From Bdellovibrionales bacterium (GTDB taxonomy: Bacteria; Bdellovibrionota; Bdellovibrionia; Bdellovibrionales; UBA1609): a stretch of 64,000 nt of DNA. Location of the stretch: the NCBI GenBank assembly GCA_965219095.1, contig CBDCMT010000001.1, positions 160,001 through 224,000 of the forward strand, given 5' to 3'. The notes beneath the pieces were generated by a model. That model did not search any database. It was given only the letters and a program-made list of their open reading frames with translations, and had not been told where the DNA came from. This document shows, one piece after another, positions 49,090-59,799 of this stretch; positions within the stretch are counted from its first letter, which is position 1; each line of letters begins with the position of its first letter. The translations under genes were made by a program, and so were the position numbers.

Positions 49090-49134
49090 AAATTAAAAGA
49101 ACTCTTATTTAAAAACAAGAGTTCTTTTAATTTT

Positions 49135-49465
49135 GGCTCCTCCCGGGAACCCACAGATTCTGGCAGTTTTCCAAGGTTATGATATAAGGCGATTTTTATA
49201 GCTTTAGAGGTTCTAAAGCCGTAAGATTTTCTCATAGTGAGTTTTACTTTGTTGTTTAAACCCTCTACAATCCCTGAGGAGAAGGCTTTTTTAGCCTTGA
49301 AGTAATTAAGAATAAGTGGCTTATGTTTTCGTATTGTTTTTGCTTCTCTTTTCATAGGCTCAATTTTTGAAAGCATGACTCGTCTCGTCCAACTGTCTAT
49401 AAATTTACCAGCCCAAGTTGGTGAAACATAGATCCATAACTGTCGGAAGTCTTCTTTTAAAAAAG
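49135..49465 (-). mobile_element. ISL3 3' fragment capped by an inverted micro-element-type end
   Basis: GGCTCCTCCCGGGAACCCACAGATTC fused to TGGCAGTTTTCC; contains the transposase C-terminus. Confidence 0.8.
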
Positions 49466-49852
49466 CCTCATTAAAAGATTCACATACTCATTTTCTCGAA
49501 CCAAAGTTATGAATTTAAGAAGTTGGTATGTAAAAGCTTTGGAATAAAAACAGCAGTTGATTTCTCATGGAAAGATGCATTAAGTCGTAGAGTTTTCTAA
49601 AAATGATTTTTTTCTTAGCTCACAGGCCTTTAGTTTTACAGTTCATTTCAATATTGAGTAGTTTAGAACGACGCATAATTCCCTCTATCTTTGAGCGAAT
49701 TTAGAAAAAAGTATAGAGTTTGTTCTTTCTTGTATCCAAAGTTTTTAGGATTAAAGAGTTTGCTTAAAAGATATTTTTTTTGTAATGTAATATATAGTAT
49801 TGTGGTCTTTTTAAAAACTATTATCTTGTTTTAAAAAAGGGGTATTTTTAAA

Positions 49853-51220
49853 GTGTTGTTTCGTTTTATCGGTTTTGGTTTGAGTATCTTTGGTCTTCTT
49901 TTTTTATGTGGATTTTTCTTTGAGACTCAATATGAAGCAAAGCCTAAATCCTTTATAGAAACCTCTGGTCTTTATTTCATTCGCTCCGAAACATCTTACT
50001 TTAAATCTCGTGATTATCCTGCTCGGTATCTCTTTTTTAAGCCTCATTATTTTTATGAGGGAAGAAAATATTTTATAAACACAGGTCTTTTTCTCGTTCC
50101 TAAAGTAGGTGCTTACTTATATATAAAAGACTTTTACTACAAAATAAAGGGAAAGAAGCTTGTTTTTGGAGCTAAAAATTTAAAATGGTTTAAAGCAGAG
50201 AGTCTTTGGCATGATGGTTATTGGTCAGCGGTTTTTGCCTATGATCCTCTTCAAGGTGTTGTAGAGCAAGGCCCTATTGGTTTTATAGGGGAAAAAGGGG
50301 ATTTTAAGTTTTTTTTACAAACAAGCTCTAATTTTGAAATTAGAAATTCTGTAACTCTAGACAAAGGTTTACTTATCAGTAAAACTCCTTGGGCATCTCT
50401 TCCTCATGAAGAAATTGAGCTTTCTGGTATAACTAGAAAGATAAAATATAAACTGAATTTTCCTACATTAAAGAACTTGCTGTGGACTCCTGGCATAGGT
50501 CTTTTATGGGCGAAAACTTTTTATAAAAGCCAACATAACACAGCTTTGAAAACTTCTTGGAGTATAGGTTATGCTTTTAAGCCTTCTTTTTCTTTTTTGT
50601 TGAAAGGGGCTTTTAGTTTGCCTGTAAACGAAGACCCTGTAGAGGTGGAAATTAATCCCAATGCTTTCTTCCATCATTTATTATCATTTGAAGTTAATAA
50701 GGAGAAAAGAAGGCTTAGCTTGTCTCAAAACTTCACTTATGACTACCCACTTCTAAAATCTTATGAACTCACAAAGTATATTTTACAAAAAAGACCTCCT
50801 GCTTTTCTATCAACCTCTTATATAGGCTATAAGGTTTCCCCTAACCTACAGTTTTTCTCAAGTTATAGGTATGTCTATCAAAAGTTTGATACGGAAAATT
50901 CGATCAGTAAAAAAGAATTTTTCTCATCACCTTTTCTTTTTTTTAACGCAGTTAGTCTAGGATTAAGAGTACAGCTTTATTTAAGAGAAATAGAGAGTGA
51001 CAGCACCTTAAAACTTGTGTATGACTTAGAGCAAAAAGGTGGTATTGTGAGTTGGAAAGTTGATTTTCATTTAAATGAAAGCCTAAAAGCTTTCTTCTTA
51101 TTAGAATTTATAGGTTTAGTGGGTGGTGATATTGAAAAACAAATAAACAATAGAAAGCATTTTTTACGTGATGTGAGAGCTAATGATCGCATACAAGGAG
51201 GATTTCATTATGTTTTTTAA
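49853..51220 (+). CDS. Putative outer-membrane beta-barrel protein
   Basis: Aromatic-rich alternating strands; C-terminal ...GGFHYVF BAM-type signal. Confidence 0.65.
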   Translation: MLFRFIGFGLSIFGLLFLCGFFFETQYEAKPKSFIETSGLYFIRSETSYFKSRDYPARYLFFKPHYFYEGRKYFINTGLFLVPKVGAYLYIKDFYYKIKGKKLVFGAKNLKWFKAESLWHDGYWSAVFAYDPLQGVVEQGPIGFIGEKGDFKFFLQTSSNFEIRNSVTLDKGLLISKTPWASLPHEEIELSGITRKIKYKLNFPTLKNLLWTPGIGLLWAKTFYKSQHNTALKTSWSIGYAFKPSFSFLLKGAFSLPVNEDPVEVEINPNAFFHHLLSFEVNKEKRRLSLSQNFTYDYPLLKSYELTKYILQKRPPAFLSTSYIGYKVSPNLQFFSSYRYVYQKFDTENSISKKEFFSSPFLFFNAVSLGLRVQLYLREIESDSTLKLVYDLEQKGGIVSWKVDFHLNESLKAFFLLEFIGLVGGDIEKQINNRKHFLRDVRANDRIQGGFHYVF

Positions 51221-53747
51221 AAAGATGATTTTGTTGTCCCTTCTTTTGTTTCTCTCAGCCTGTAGCCATGAAGACAAAATTTATAGGAAGACTTTGAATT
51301 TATCAGAGGAGGTGGGAGTTTTTACATGTTTGAAAAACACGCCTCGTTACGTTCTTGAGTATATTGAAAGTAAAGGAGATAAAAAGAAAGCAGAAAACCT
51401 TGATAAAGCTTTCGACTGTATTATATCTACGAATTACATCATCATCAGACATATTAGAGGCAGTCAAAAAGAACAGATAGATCAGTTTCATCGAGAAGAG
51501 TTTCGTCTTTTTGTTAATCGAATTTTCTTTAAAGGTATGAAAGTAAACCCTATTTCAGAAGAGCTTTTTCGTTCTCTTATGTCCCTTAAAGTATTCTTTG
51601 TAGGGGGAAGTGTTGATATCCTTACGAAGGATGAACTTTTTCAGCTCAATTATCTTACTACTTTCTTAAAACAACAAGTCCAAATTTTAACTTCTTACAT
51701 GAAACTCTACCTCTCTGATTGTGCAAAAACTTCCTGTCATTTTGAAAAAGCATTCTTGAAAGAATCGCTTCAAGCTATCTTAACAGTAGCACTTAACTTT
51801 AGGGATAGGTTTCAAGACCATGATGTAAATTTAGATTTAAGTGAAATCAATTTATTTTTTATCCATCTTCAAAAAAATTACGGTGGAAATTTTGAAGGGC
51901 TTTTTAAATTGTTCCCCACTTTCATTTCTATCAAAGCTATTCTTTTAGCCCATAAAGGGCCTGTTATTAAAATTGAACAACTACCCCTTTTCTGGAACAT
52001 TTTATTTTCTGTTTTGTCAACCTCTGTGGAATATAATTTCAATCATCAATTTACTGAAAAAGGTTTGCCTTTTGACCCTATCTATTTACTTAAAAAAAAG
52101 GGTTTTTATAACGAAAGGGTTCATCTTTTAGTAGAGAAAGTTTTTTCCCTTATTAAAGAAGCTCGTTTTAGACATAAGAATGAAATGATCCCACATAAAT
52201 ATTTTGAAGATTTTATTGACTCTTTTTTTCAGCACTCCTCTTCTTCTTACCACTTTTCAGAAAGAAAAGTTTCTGATATAAGCACACTTCTTCGAAAAAC
52301 CTATAGGAATTTTGTGGATATTTTACTTCACCCTGAAAAGCCCTCTACAAAAGAAGCACTTGACAAAGAGGCTTTAGATTACTTGTATAAAGAGTACTTA
52401 GAGTTTTATAATTTCTATAAATATACAAAAAATAATTTTAACGACTTGTGTCTTATGCCTGAAGGCATTCAATCTTCCTATGATCATGTTATTCAGTGTA
52501 AAGTTAAACTTTTAAAAGATACAATAGGACGTTTTTATTTAACTCAAGATAGACGAGTGCAGTACAATTTAGATAGTCTCAACGATTTAAATCTATACAG
52601 GGCCATGATTCGTTTCATTTTAAGAGTTTATTCTAAAGATAAAGATTTTGACATGGAAGAAAAAAGGCTAGAGATTGAAAGTTTAAAAGAATTTGTTTTT
52701 GACTTTAAGGATTTTTTAAAGTTTTTAGGTTTTGTAAACCTCTCTGATAGAGACAATCTAGACACTCCAGTCTCTTACATTTATAATATATCGAATCTAT
52801 TTCTTTCTACTGGTAATGGCGATCATTTTTTACAGTTTTCAGAGGGCGTAAATCTTTTTCATTATTTTTTAGGTCTAAAAAATATGACTAACTATTTTTT
52901 TGTGCAAGCTTTAGAAACTTGTGGCAACTTAGAAGAAAAAACTATTACTATAAATTGTTTTGTAGAGGCCTTTAAGAGATATTATCAGAAATTTATTGAT
53001 AATCTCCCAAATATGTTAGCTTATTATATACAACTTGATGAACTTTTCTTTACATCAACAAATGCACCTTTAGATAGAATGAAGTTTTATAATGACAGCA
53101 TGATGCTAAATCCTATTTCAGGAAATTTTAATAACGATTATTTTCATAAAGAAGAATCGATTACATTTAATTATGAGCAGAATGATAATGGAGAGTGGTG
53201 TGGTCCTTTTGAGGTAGTAGGTGTAGAGAACCAGTTAAGCTGTCATGATTTTGATAGACAAGATTGTTATGCTTTTTGCAATGCCATTTTAAAAGTTATA
53301 GAAGCTGAAAGATTTTCTGAAAATAAGAGTGAAGATAAGATTGTTACCCAGAGGAAAATAAAAGAACAATTTATAGTTTATCTTTCTGATCTTATTAAGA
53401 GATCTAAAAGAGGTAAAAATATAAAAGCAGAACATTTAAATGATGCTTTCTCCTATATATTTCTTGTTGAAGTGTTTTTAGGTGTTTATGATAAAAATAA
53501 AGATGGTGTGATTGATAAAGAAGAGGCCTTTAAGGCTTATCCTAAATTTAAGAAAAATATTAAAAGTTTTTTACCTAGGTTTATGAGAAGTGACAGTCTG
53601 GCAAAATATGTTTTTATCTATATTCTTGATAAGGGAACTCGACCTAGCCCTATAAAAATTTTTTTCATGTGGCTGGGACTTTATCGTAACTCGAGTAATA
53701 TTCAAGCTGATCGGTTGCAACTTATTAAAGCACTATCTTCTTTTTGA
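51210..53747 (+). CDS. Large hypothetical lipoprotein with an EF-hand-like motif
   Basis: AGGAGG RBS before ATG 51210; lipobox LSAC; DKNKDGVIDKEE near the C-terminus. Confidence 0.7.
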   Translation: MFFKKMILLSLLLFLSACSHEDKIYRKTLNLSEEVGVFTCLKNTPRYVLEYIESKGDKKKAENLDKAFDCIISTNYIIIRHIRGSQKEQIDQFHREEFRLFVNRIFFKGMKVNPISEELFRSLMSLKVFFVGGSVDILTKDELFQLNYLTTFLKQQVQILTSYMKLYLSDCAKTSCHFEKAFLKESLQAILTVALNFRDRFQDHDVNLDLSEINLFFIHLQKNYGGNFEGLFKLFPTFISIKAILLAHKGPVIKIEQLPLFWNILFSVLSTSVEYNFNHQFTEKGLPFDPIYLLKKKGFYNERVHLLVEKVFSLIKEARFRHKNEMIPHKYFEDFIDSFFQHSSSSYHFSERKVSDISTLLRKTYRNFVDILLHPEKPSTKEALDKEALDYLYKEYLEFYNFYKYTKNNFNDLCLMPEGIQSSYDHVIQCKVKLLKDTIGRFYLTQDRRVQYNLDSLNDLNLYRAMIRFILRVYSKDKDFDMEEKRLEIESLKEFVFDFKDFLKFLGFVNLSDRDNLDTPVSYIYNISNLFLSTGNGDHFLQFSEGVNLFHYFLGLKNMTNYFFVQALETCGNLEEKTITINCFVEAFKRYYQKFIDNLPNMLAYYIQLDELFFTSTNAPLDRMKFYNDSMMLNPISGNFNNDYFHKEESITFNYEQNDNGEWCGPFEVVGVENQLSCHDFDRQDCYAFCNAILKVIEAERFSENKSEDKIVTQRKIKEQFIVYLSDLIKRSKRGKNIKAEHLNDAFSYIFLVEVFLGVYDKNKDGVIDKEEAFKAYPKFKKNIKSFLPRFMRSDSLAKYVFIYILDKGTRPSPIKIFFMWLGLYRNSSNIQADRLQLIKALSSF

Positions 53748-54234
53748 AAACGTGCAATATACAATATTTTTTGAAAAGATCTCAACTTTAGTTTATTTTC
53801 CTGTAGAAAAGTCAGAAACTTTTAAAACACAGATAAAAGGCTAGGAGGATTGATTAACTGTGGAGTATTTTTACAGAAAAATCTCCCTATTGACTCTTTT
53901 TATAGTATCAATTTTTTTTAGTTTCTGAAAATTTTTTTTACACTTTAAACTTTTTCTGTAAGGTTTTTTTACTGTTTTTCTTGCAGTTATTTCAGTAAGA
54001 ATTCGAAAAAAACAAATTATTTCAATAAGTTCTAACTTTTTTATGAACAACTAGTTTAAATACCTATGTCACACGTTATTAAAAAGAAAGTTAAAGTGAA
54101 AGAAACAGAAAATCAAAATTTTATTTTTAATTTCACAAAAACAATCTAAAATAACTTATAAAATAAAGATGAATCTATGACATAAGTCTAGAAAAAAATA
54201 TATTTTCTCCTTTAATAAGAAATGTATTCTATTT

Positions 54235-54274
54235 AAAAGGAGCTAATCAAGGGGTTCTTGATTAGCTCCTTTTT
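54235..54274. terminator. Strong bidirectional intrinsic-terminator hairpin
   Basis: AAAAGGAGCTAATCAAG-gggtt-CTTGATTAGCTCCTTTTT. Confidence 0.8.
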
Positions 54275-54350
54275 CTTATGATAGCCTTTTAAATAGATTA
54301 CATAGGTTGAGATCATAATTTTAACATTTAACAAAATAAAGGAGTCGCTT

Positions 54351-55895
54351 ATGCCATTTGTTAGTTTATCCAAAATTTTTTGCTTGGCCAACCAAAGGAA
54401 ATTTAATACATTTCTTAAAAATTCCTATATGGATTTTTCTGATTATAAAGAGAGAAAAAAGATGTGGTTTCAATACTTTCAAAAGACACCCTTTTGGGAA
54501 AAAAAGTTAGGTTTAGAAACGTATTTTGATGATCTTTCCATTACGAATTATGATTTTTACAAACAAGCCATAAACGAAAATCTACACAGTTCTTGTTCTC
54601 CGCTTACGGGGGAACCTCTTGTGTACTGGGCTAAAACTTCAGGCACAAGTGATAAGCCTAAATATTTTCCTTATAGTCAATCTTATGGTCGATCGTATTT
54701 AATTTCTTCCTCAGCTTATGTTTATTCCATTTTTGCTTCTCCTGAAGGACGTTTTATTAGTAAACTTGTTGTATTGAATGCACCTTCATCAAAGCAATTT
54801 ACGAAAGCAGGTATTCCTATGGGTTATGTCAGTGGTTATGCTAGAGAAGCCACATCTCCTATGATAGGAAAGCTGATTCAAGATGTTCCTACAAAAATTT
54901 ATCAAACAGAGACTTTGTTTAATCAATGGATTTACTACTTAGCTTTTCTTTCAAATCCTGATCTTATTATAGCTATTAGTCCTCATAAAATAGAAGAGGT
55001 TTTTAATATGATAAAGGATAATTTTGATCTTTATAAATACTATCTAAAAAATAATAAAATTATAAGCTCTCAATTTTCAGCAAAAGTATCTCGAAAGAGA
55101 GCCTCTTTTCTTTTAAACCTTTCTCAAGACGACTTAAATATTAATACATTATGGCCACGTCTTAAGGTTATATCTTGTTGGAAAAGTTCTATTTGTAAGT
55201 CTGTAGCTGAGAATTTACAAGAAAAGTTCCATGGTGTTGTCATTGATAACATGTATACCAGTACAGAAAGTCATATTGCTATTCCTCTCTGGAGCGAAGG
55301 TATGAAAAAAGGAGGAGTCTTAGATATGAATGATAAAATGATTGAATTCTGCCCTATTGATGTTTTGCCTGTAAAAGAGAATCTTATTTCTCCTTTTGAA
55401 CTTGAAGAGGGAAGATCGTATGAAGTCTTTGTAACAAATCTTATGGGCTTAGCACGTTATCGCCTTCATGATATTGTGGAATGTACAGGTTTTTACAACA
55501 ATCTTCCCATTCTATCTTTTAAGGAGAAAACATCTAATTACATTATTTTAGGAGAAAGTTATTATTCTCAACAAGAATTTTTAAGTGCAGTAAAATCTTT
55601 AAAAGTTCCTCTTCAAGAAATATTTTTATTTGCTCCAAACACTGATTACAAAGGTTTAGAGCTTTATTTAGGAGAAAAAGATTATAACAATCCTATTTTG
55701 AGAGATGAACTTAAAAAATTTGATGAGAAGTTTTCTAAATTATCAGATAGTTATAGAACTGATCTTTCACAAAATCTGATTAAACCCTTAGTGATAAGAA
55801 AAATAAATTCTAACATTCTTGGAATTATTCCTAACCATTTTCAATCAAAAATAAAGATTATGCATAATAAAAGTGTTTCGGAACTATGCTTATAA
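54351..55895 (+). CDS. GH3-family acyl acid-amido synthetase-like adenylating enzyme
   Basis: KTSGTS..PKYFP, YTSTE, EFCP and GLARYRLHDIV..TGF correspond to the GH3 nucleotide-binding motifs; AAGGAG RBS. Confidence 0.85.
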   Translation: MPFVSLSKIFCLANQRKFNTFLKNSYMDFSDYKERKKMWFQYFQKTPFWEKKLGLETYFDDLSITNYDFYKQAINENLHSSCSPLTGEPLVYWAKTSGTSDKPKYFPYSQSYGRSYLISSSAYVYSIFASPEGRFISKLVVLNAPSSKQFTKAGIPMGYVSGYAREATSPMIGKLIQDVPTKIYQTETLFNQWIYYLAFLSNPDLIIAISPHKIEEVFNMIKDNFDLYKYYLKNNKIISSQFSAKVSRKRASFLLNLSQDDLNINTLWPRLKVISCWKSSICKSVAENLQEKFHGVVIDNMYTSTESHIAIPLWSEGMKKGGVLDMNDKMIEFCPIDVLPVKENLISPFELEEGRSYEVFVTNLMGLARYRLHDIVECTGFYNNLPILSFKEKTSNYIILGESYYSQQEFLSAVKSLKVPLQEIFLFAPNTDYKGLELYLGEKDYNNPILRDELKKFDEKFSKLSDSYRTDLSQNLIKPLVIRKINSNILGIIPNHFQSKIKIMHNKSVSELCL

Positions 55896-57685
55896 GGCCC
55901 TGGTTTTCTAAAAAGAAAAGAACTATCTCTTTGTTCTGTGTTTCTCTTTTTTTCTCTTTTGCATCTTTAGCTGATAAAAAAGAGTGTGAATATTTAGGAG
56001 GTGATAGAAATAAAAACAGCCGTCTTTATCAGTGCGGTAATATTAAAGTTTTAAAACTCAAAGGTAGTAGGAAAGAAAAAGGTGAGGCTCAAGCTTATTG
56101 GATGGATCAAAAAAGAGTACAAAACAAGAGAATCAATTTTAAAACTTTGACCTATTTTAGAAGTCAGTTCAAAAATCAAAGTTTTTTAGCAAGAACTCTC
56201 ACTAATTATTTAGTGGGAAGTGAGTTAGACAAAGAATCTGAAGTTTCTAAAGAGCTTAAGGCTATGAGTAAGGCTTTAGATTTTTCTTGGAATGAATTTA
56301 AAGTCATTTTTGCACTTCCTGATATAGGGGCTTTAGATCCATCTCTTAGTACAAGTCTTCCTTCAGTAGTTTTTAAAAATTTTAAATTTCCAGGATGTAC
56401 AAGTATTACAACACTTTCGAAAGATGATGAGACATTTTTTTATGGTAGAAATTTAGATTATTCTTTAGTGGGAGTTTATGATCAAAATCCTCTTATGGTC
56501 ATTCGTTATCCAAAAAAGGGTGAAAATAAGTTAAAAACAGTAGCTTTTTCAACTCATGGTTTTTTTCTTCCTTCTATAACAGCTATGAATGAAAAAGGTC
56601 TCATTTACTCTCTTCATCAGACGTACTCTAAACTTCTTACATTAAAAGGAGTTCCTATACTAGCCTTAGGTGATGGTATTGTATCTCAATCTAAGAATAT
56701 CGATGAAGCTGTTAAAATGCTTAAGAAAAGGCAATCAGGAACTATGTGGAACATTAATTTAGCTGATCTAAACTCAGGAGAAATAGCTTATCTCTATGTC
56801 TCACAAGGTTTTGCAAAAGATTATAGAATCAAAAAACCTAAGAACTTTGCCATTTCCAATCATTTTTTTGATGATTTTATGAAACAGTTCCAACTTATTC
56901 CTTTTTCTACTTTAAAGAACTCTCTTTTTAGACAAAAGAAAGCAGAAGAACTTTTAAAACAAAAAGAAAATAAAATGTCAGTAAAAGAGTTGGCTGGAAT
57001 CTTGGGTTATCAATCCTCCGTAGATTCACCTCAGATATTTAATGATATCGGTAAAGGAGTAACCGTGCAAACTGTTTTATGGAAGTCTTCTATGAAGGGA
57101 GCAAAAAAAAAGGAAGTTTATATATCCGAAGGAAAAGCTCCTACATCTCTTTCTAGCTTTTTAAAATTTGATTTTAATGAACTGTTTTCAGATTTTTCTC
57201 AAGGTTTATCTTATGAGAGGGTTAAGTTTTTTGATACAAAGCGTCACTTGAGAAAAGCAGAGCTTGCTTTAGCTTATGAAACCGACATTCATTTGTTGAA
57301 AAAATTAAAAAAGAAACCAGGAGATAAAATCCTTAGAAGAGAACTCAATGCTATTAATAAAAAAACCTACAAGTTTTCATCTCTTTATTCAATTTACAGG
57401 CTTTATATGCAAAGAAAATATCATGAAGTGATAACCTCTGTAAAAGGAATGAGCTTGTACTTTTATCCTTCTTACATAAAAGATTATTTTGAGGTTTTAA
57501 GAGGGTTAAGTTTTTTAAAGACAAAAAAAGGATATAAAATGAAAACTTTTGAGAAATCTTGTGATCCTTACTTAAGAAAAACAAAAGCTTTAGCTAAAAC
57601 TTCCTTTCAGTACCAACTTTCTAGTGGTGGTTTTAAAAATGGATTTTATTCTTTAAAAGAATTTGATAAAAAATGTCTTGAGTGA
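55886..57685 (+). CDS. C45-family (AAT-like) Ntn-hydrolase/acyltransferase, exported
   Basis: Signal peptide; G|CTS autoprocessing nucleophile; GRNLDY, MNEKGL and SNHF motifs; overlaps the GH3 stop. Confidence 0.82.
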   Translation: MLIRPWFSKKKRTISLFCVSLFFSFASLADKKECEYLGGDRNKNSRLYQCGNIKVLKLKGSRKEKGEAQAYWMDQKRVQNKRINFKTLTYFRSQFKNQSFLARTLTNYLVGSELDKESEVSKELKAMSKALDFSWNEFKVIFALPDIGALDPSLSTSLPSVVFKNFKFPGCTSITTLSKDDETFFYGRNLDYSLVGVYDQNPLMVIRYPKKGENKLKTVAFSTHGFFLPSITAMNEKGLIYSLHQTYSKLLTLKGVPILALGDGIVSQSKNIDEAVKMLKKRQSGTMWNINLADLNSGEIAYLYVSQGFAKDYRIKKPKNFAISNHFFDDFMKQFQLIPFSTLKNSLFRQKKAEELLKQKENKMSVKELAGILGYQSSVDSPQIFNDIGKGVTVQTVLWKSSMKGAKKKEVYISEGKAPTSLSSFLKFDFNELFSDFSQGLSYERVKFFDTKRHLRKAELALAYETDIHLLKKLKKKPGDKILRRELNAINKKTYKFSSLYSIYRLYMQRKYHEVITSVKGMSLYFYPSYIKDYFEVLRGLSFLKTKKGYKMKTFEKSCDPYLRKTKALAKTSFQYQLSSGGFKNGFYSLKEFDKKCLE

Positions 57686-58230
57686 ATTTTGGTTTTTTGT
57701 TTTATAGTGAAAAAGTGTGTGATTCACTTTTCTATGATTTTGTCATGAGATTATCCGTAAAGTCATTAGGGTTTGAAGAAAGGGTTTCTCTGAGCTAAGC
57801 TCAGGGGATTATTAAAAATAATTTGAAAGTCTAACGGGATTACGAACATCCTTTAATTTAATTTACTTTACATAGACAGTCTCGTTTTTTTAGTTTGCTG
57901 TCTTATTTTTATAAACCGTTTTTTGTAACAAGTTTAACTTCTTTCATTAGGAATTAAGCTTCAGATTGTAAAAAACTGGCATCCATTTTTTCTTTTAAGC
58001 AGTCTTTAGCCCTAAAAATAAACCCTCAAAGAATAAAGATGAATTTTCTACCTCTTTTTAAGCTTTTCAAAATGAAAAGCTACTGGCTACACTTCAAAGA
58101 CCCTCAAGGTGACATACTTTTTCATAGATGTTTATCTAGCTAGAAAAAGGGATTTTTGAAATACGATCAGTAGATTTTTCATATTTCTTTGTAATTTGTA
58201 AGAGCAAGGAGTTTATGGTATAATTGCACT

Positions 58231-59799
58231 ATGGGAATAAGCTTTTTGCTAGGCGTTATTTTTTCAACTCTTATTTATAGACTTCTTGTCTTAAGAAACA
58301 TCAAACATCTTAAACAACGTTCTCAGTCTTTAGTTTCCGAAGCTCAAGAAAAGGCTAAATTTCGACAAGAGGATATAGAAAGGCAGATGGCTGAGTACAA
58401 AGAGGAAACATTTCAAGAACTAGAAAAACAACTGGACTCTCTTAAAGAAGTCATTGAAGAAAAAAAAATTCAGATTCAAGAAAAGAGTACAGAACATAAA
58501 CATGTTTTTAAAATTGAAGAAAAGAAGTGCCTAAGACGTGAGGAAAATACAAATCAAATAGAGGTACACTTAGAAAATAAAAAAAAGCACTATAAAGAAA
58601 AAAAACAAAAACTTTTAGAGGCTGAAAAAAAGTATATAAAGCTTCTTGAAGAGCAAGTGGAACAGCCCTTTGATAACATCACAAAACAAATAACAGAAAA
58701 ACTAAAACATGACTTCAAAGAGTTCGTGATAAAGAAAATACAGAAAAGAGAAGACAGGTTTAGAGTCAAACTAGATGAAATTGTTAAAAATATTATTTTA
58801 CGTGTAATTCATCGTTTTGTGATTCCTTACTGTCCTGAAAGAGCCATTCCCAGCATTGGAATAAAAGACGAAAAAATAGTTGAAAAAGTGTTAGGGCCTC
58901 AACAACAACACATTCCTATTATGGAAAACCTTATCGGTGTTGATATCTCTTTATCTAAAGAGCGAGATAAAACAACCCTTAATGTCTCAGCCTTTGATAC
59001 AGTAAGGAGAGAACTAACACGTCTAGTCTGCGTTCAACTGATAAAAGACAAAAAAGTCAATCAAGAAAGAGTAAGACGTCTTGTGGAAAGAAAAAAACAT
59101 AAACTTCTTAAAAAAATTAAATCTGATGGAGTGGCTATGGCACAAAAGCTTAATTTAAAAAATGTTCACCCTGAAGTCATGAAGCTTATGGGATGTTTGA
59201 GGTACCGCTACTCTTTTGCTCAAAACCAATACTTCCATTGTGGTGAAGTGGGTTGGTTATGCGGTCTTTTTTCTGAGGAGTTATACCTTGACAGACAAAA
59301 AGGACGTAGAGCAGGTTGGCTTCATGATTTAGGGAAGTCTATGGATCACAGCCTTTCAGGTGGACATGCTGTGATAGGAGCTGATTTTATTGAAAAATAT
59401 GGAGAACAAGAAGATATTGTTCATGCCGTTAAAGCTCATCATTACGATGTTGAGCCTGCAACTCCTCTTTCTTTCTTAGTAATTGCAGCTGATGCTCTCT
59501 CAGGAAGTCGTCCTGGAGCACGACGATCGACAGCCGAATCCTATACACAAAAGTTAGAACAACTTTATGAAGTCACTAAAGAATTTGAAGACGTTATAGA
59601 AACGACACTGATTCTCAGTGGAGCAAAAGAGTTAAGAATTTATGTAGATAGTCAAAAGATCAATGATCACAAGGCATTAGAAATGAGTACTCACATCGCT
59701 TCAAAAATTGAAAATGAATTGAGTTATCCAGGACATATTAAAGTGACTATTGTAAGGCAGGCTGCAAGTGTTCATATATCAAACGCTAAAGCTCAATAG
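58231..59799 (+). CDS. rny: Ribonuclease Y
   Basis: N-terminal TM anchor, coiled coil, KH-like region, LRYRYS, HD motif (LHDLGK), AADALSGSRPGARR and YPGHIKVT. Confidence 0.93.
   Translation: MGISFLLGVIFSTLIYRLLVLRNIKHLKQRSQSLVSEAQEKAKFRQEDIERQMAEYKEETFQELEKQLDSLKEVIEEKKIQIQEKSTEHKHVFKIEEKKCLRREENTNQIEVHLENKKKHYKEKKQKLLEAEKKYIKLLEEQVEQPFDNITKQITEKLKHDFKEFVIKKIQKREDRFRVKLDEIVKNIILRVIHRFVIPYCPERAIPSIGIKDEKIVEKVLGPQQQHIPIMENLIGVDISLSKERDKTTLNVSAFDTVRRELTRLVCVQLIKDKKVNQERVRRLVERKKHKLLKKIKSDGVAMAQKLNLKNVHPEVMKLMGCLRYRYSFAQNQYFHCGEVGWLCGLFSEELYLDRQKGRRAGWLHDLGKSMDHSLSGGHAVIGADFIEKYGEQEDIVHAVKAHHYDVEPATPLSFLVIAADALSGSRPGARRSTAESYTQKLEQLYEVTKEFEDVIETTLILSGAKELRIYVDSQKINDHKALEMSTHIASKIENELSYPGHIKVTIVRQAASVHISNAKAQ

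Noticed and set aside
57900..58200. Possible 5-formyltetrahydrofolate cyclo-ligase remnant before rny
   Set aside because: Expected from synteny, but I found no recognisable motif in the frames I read.
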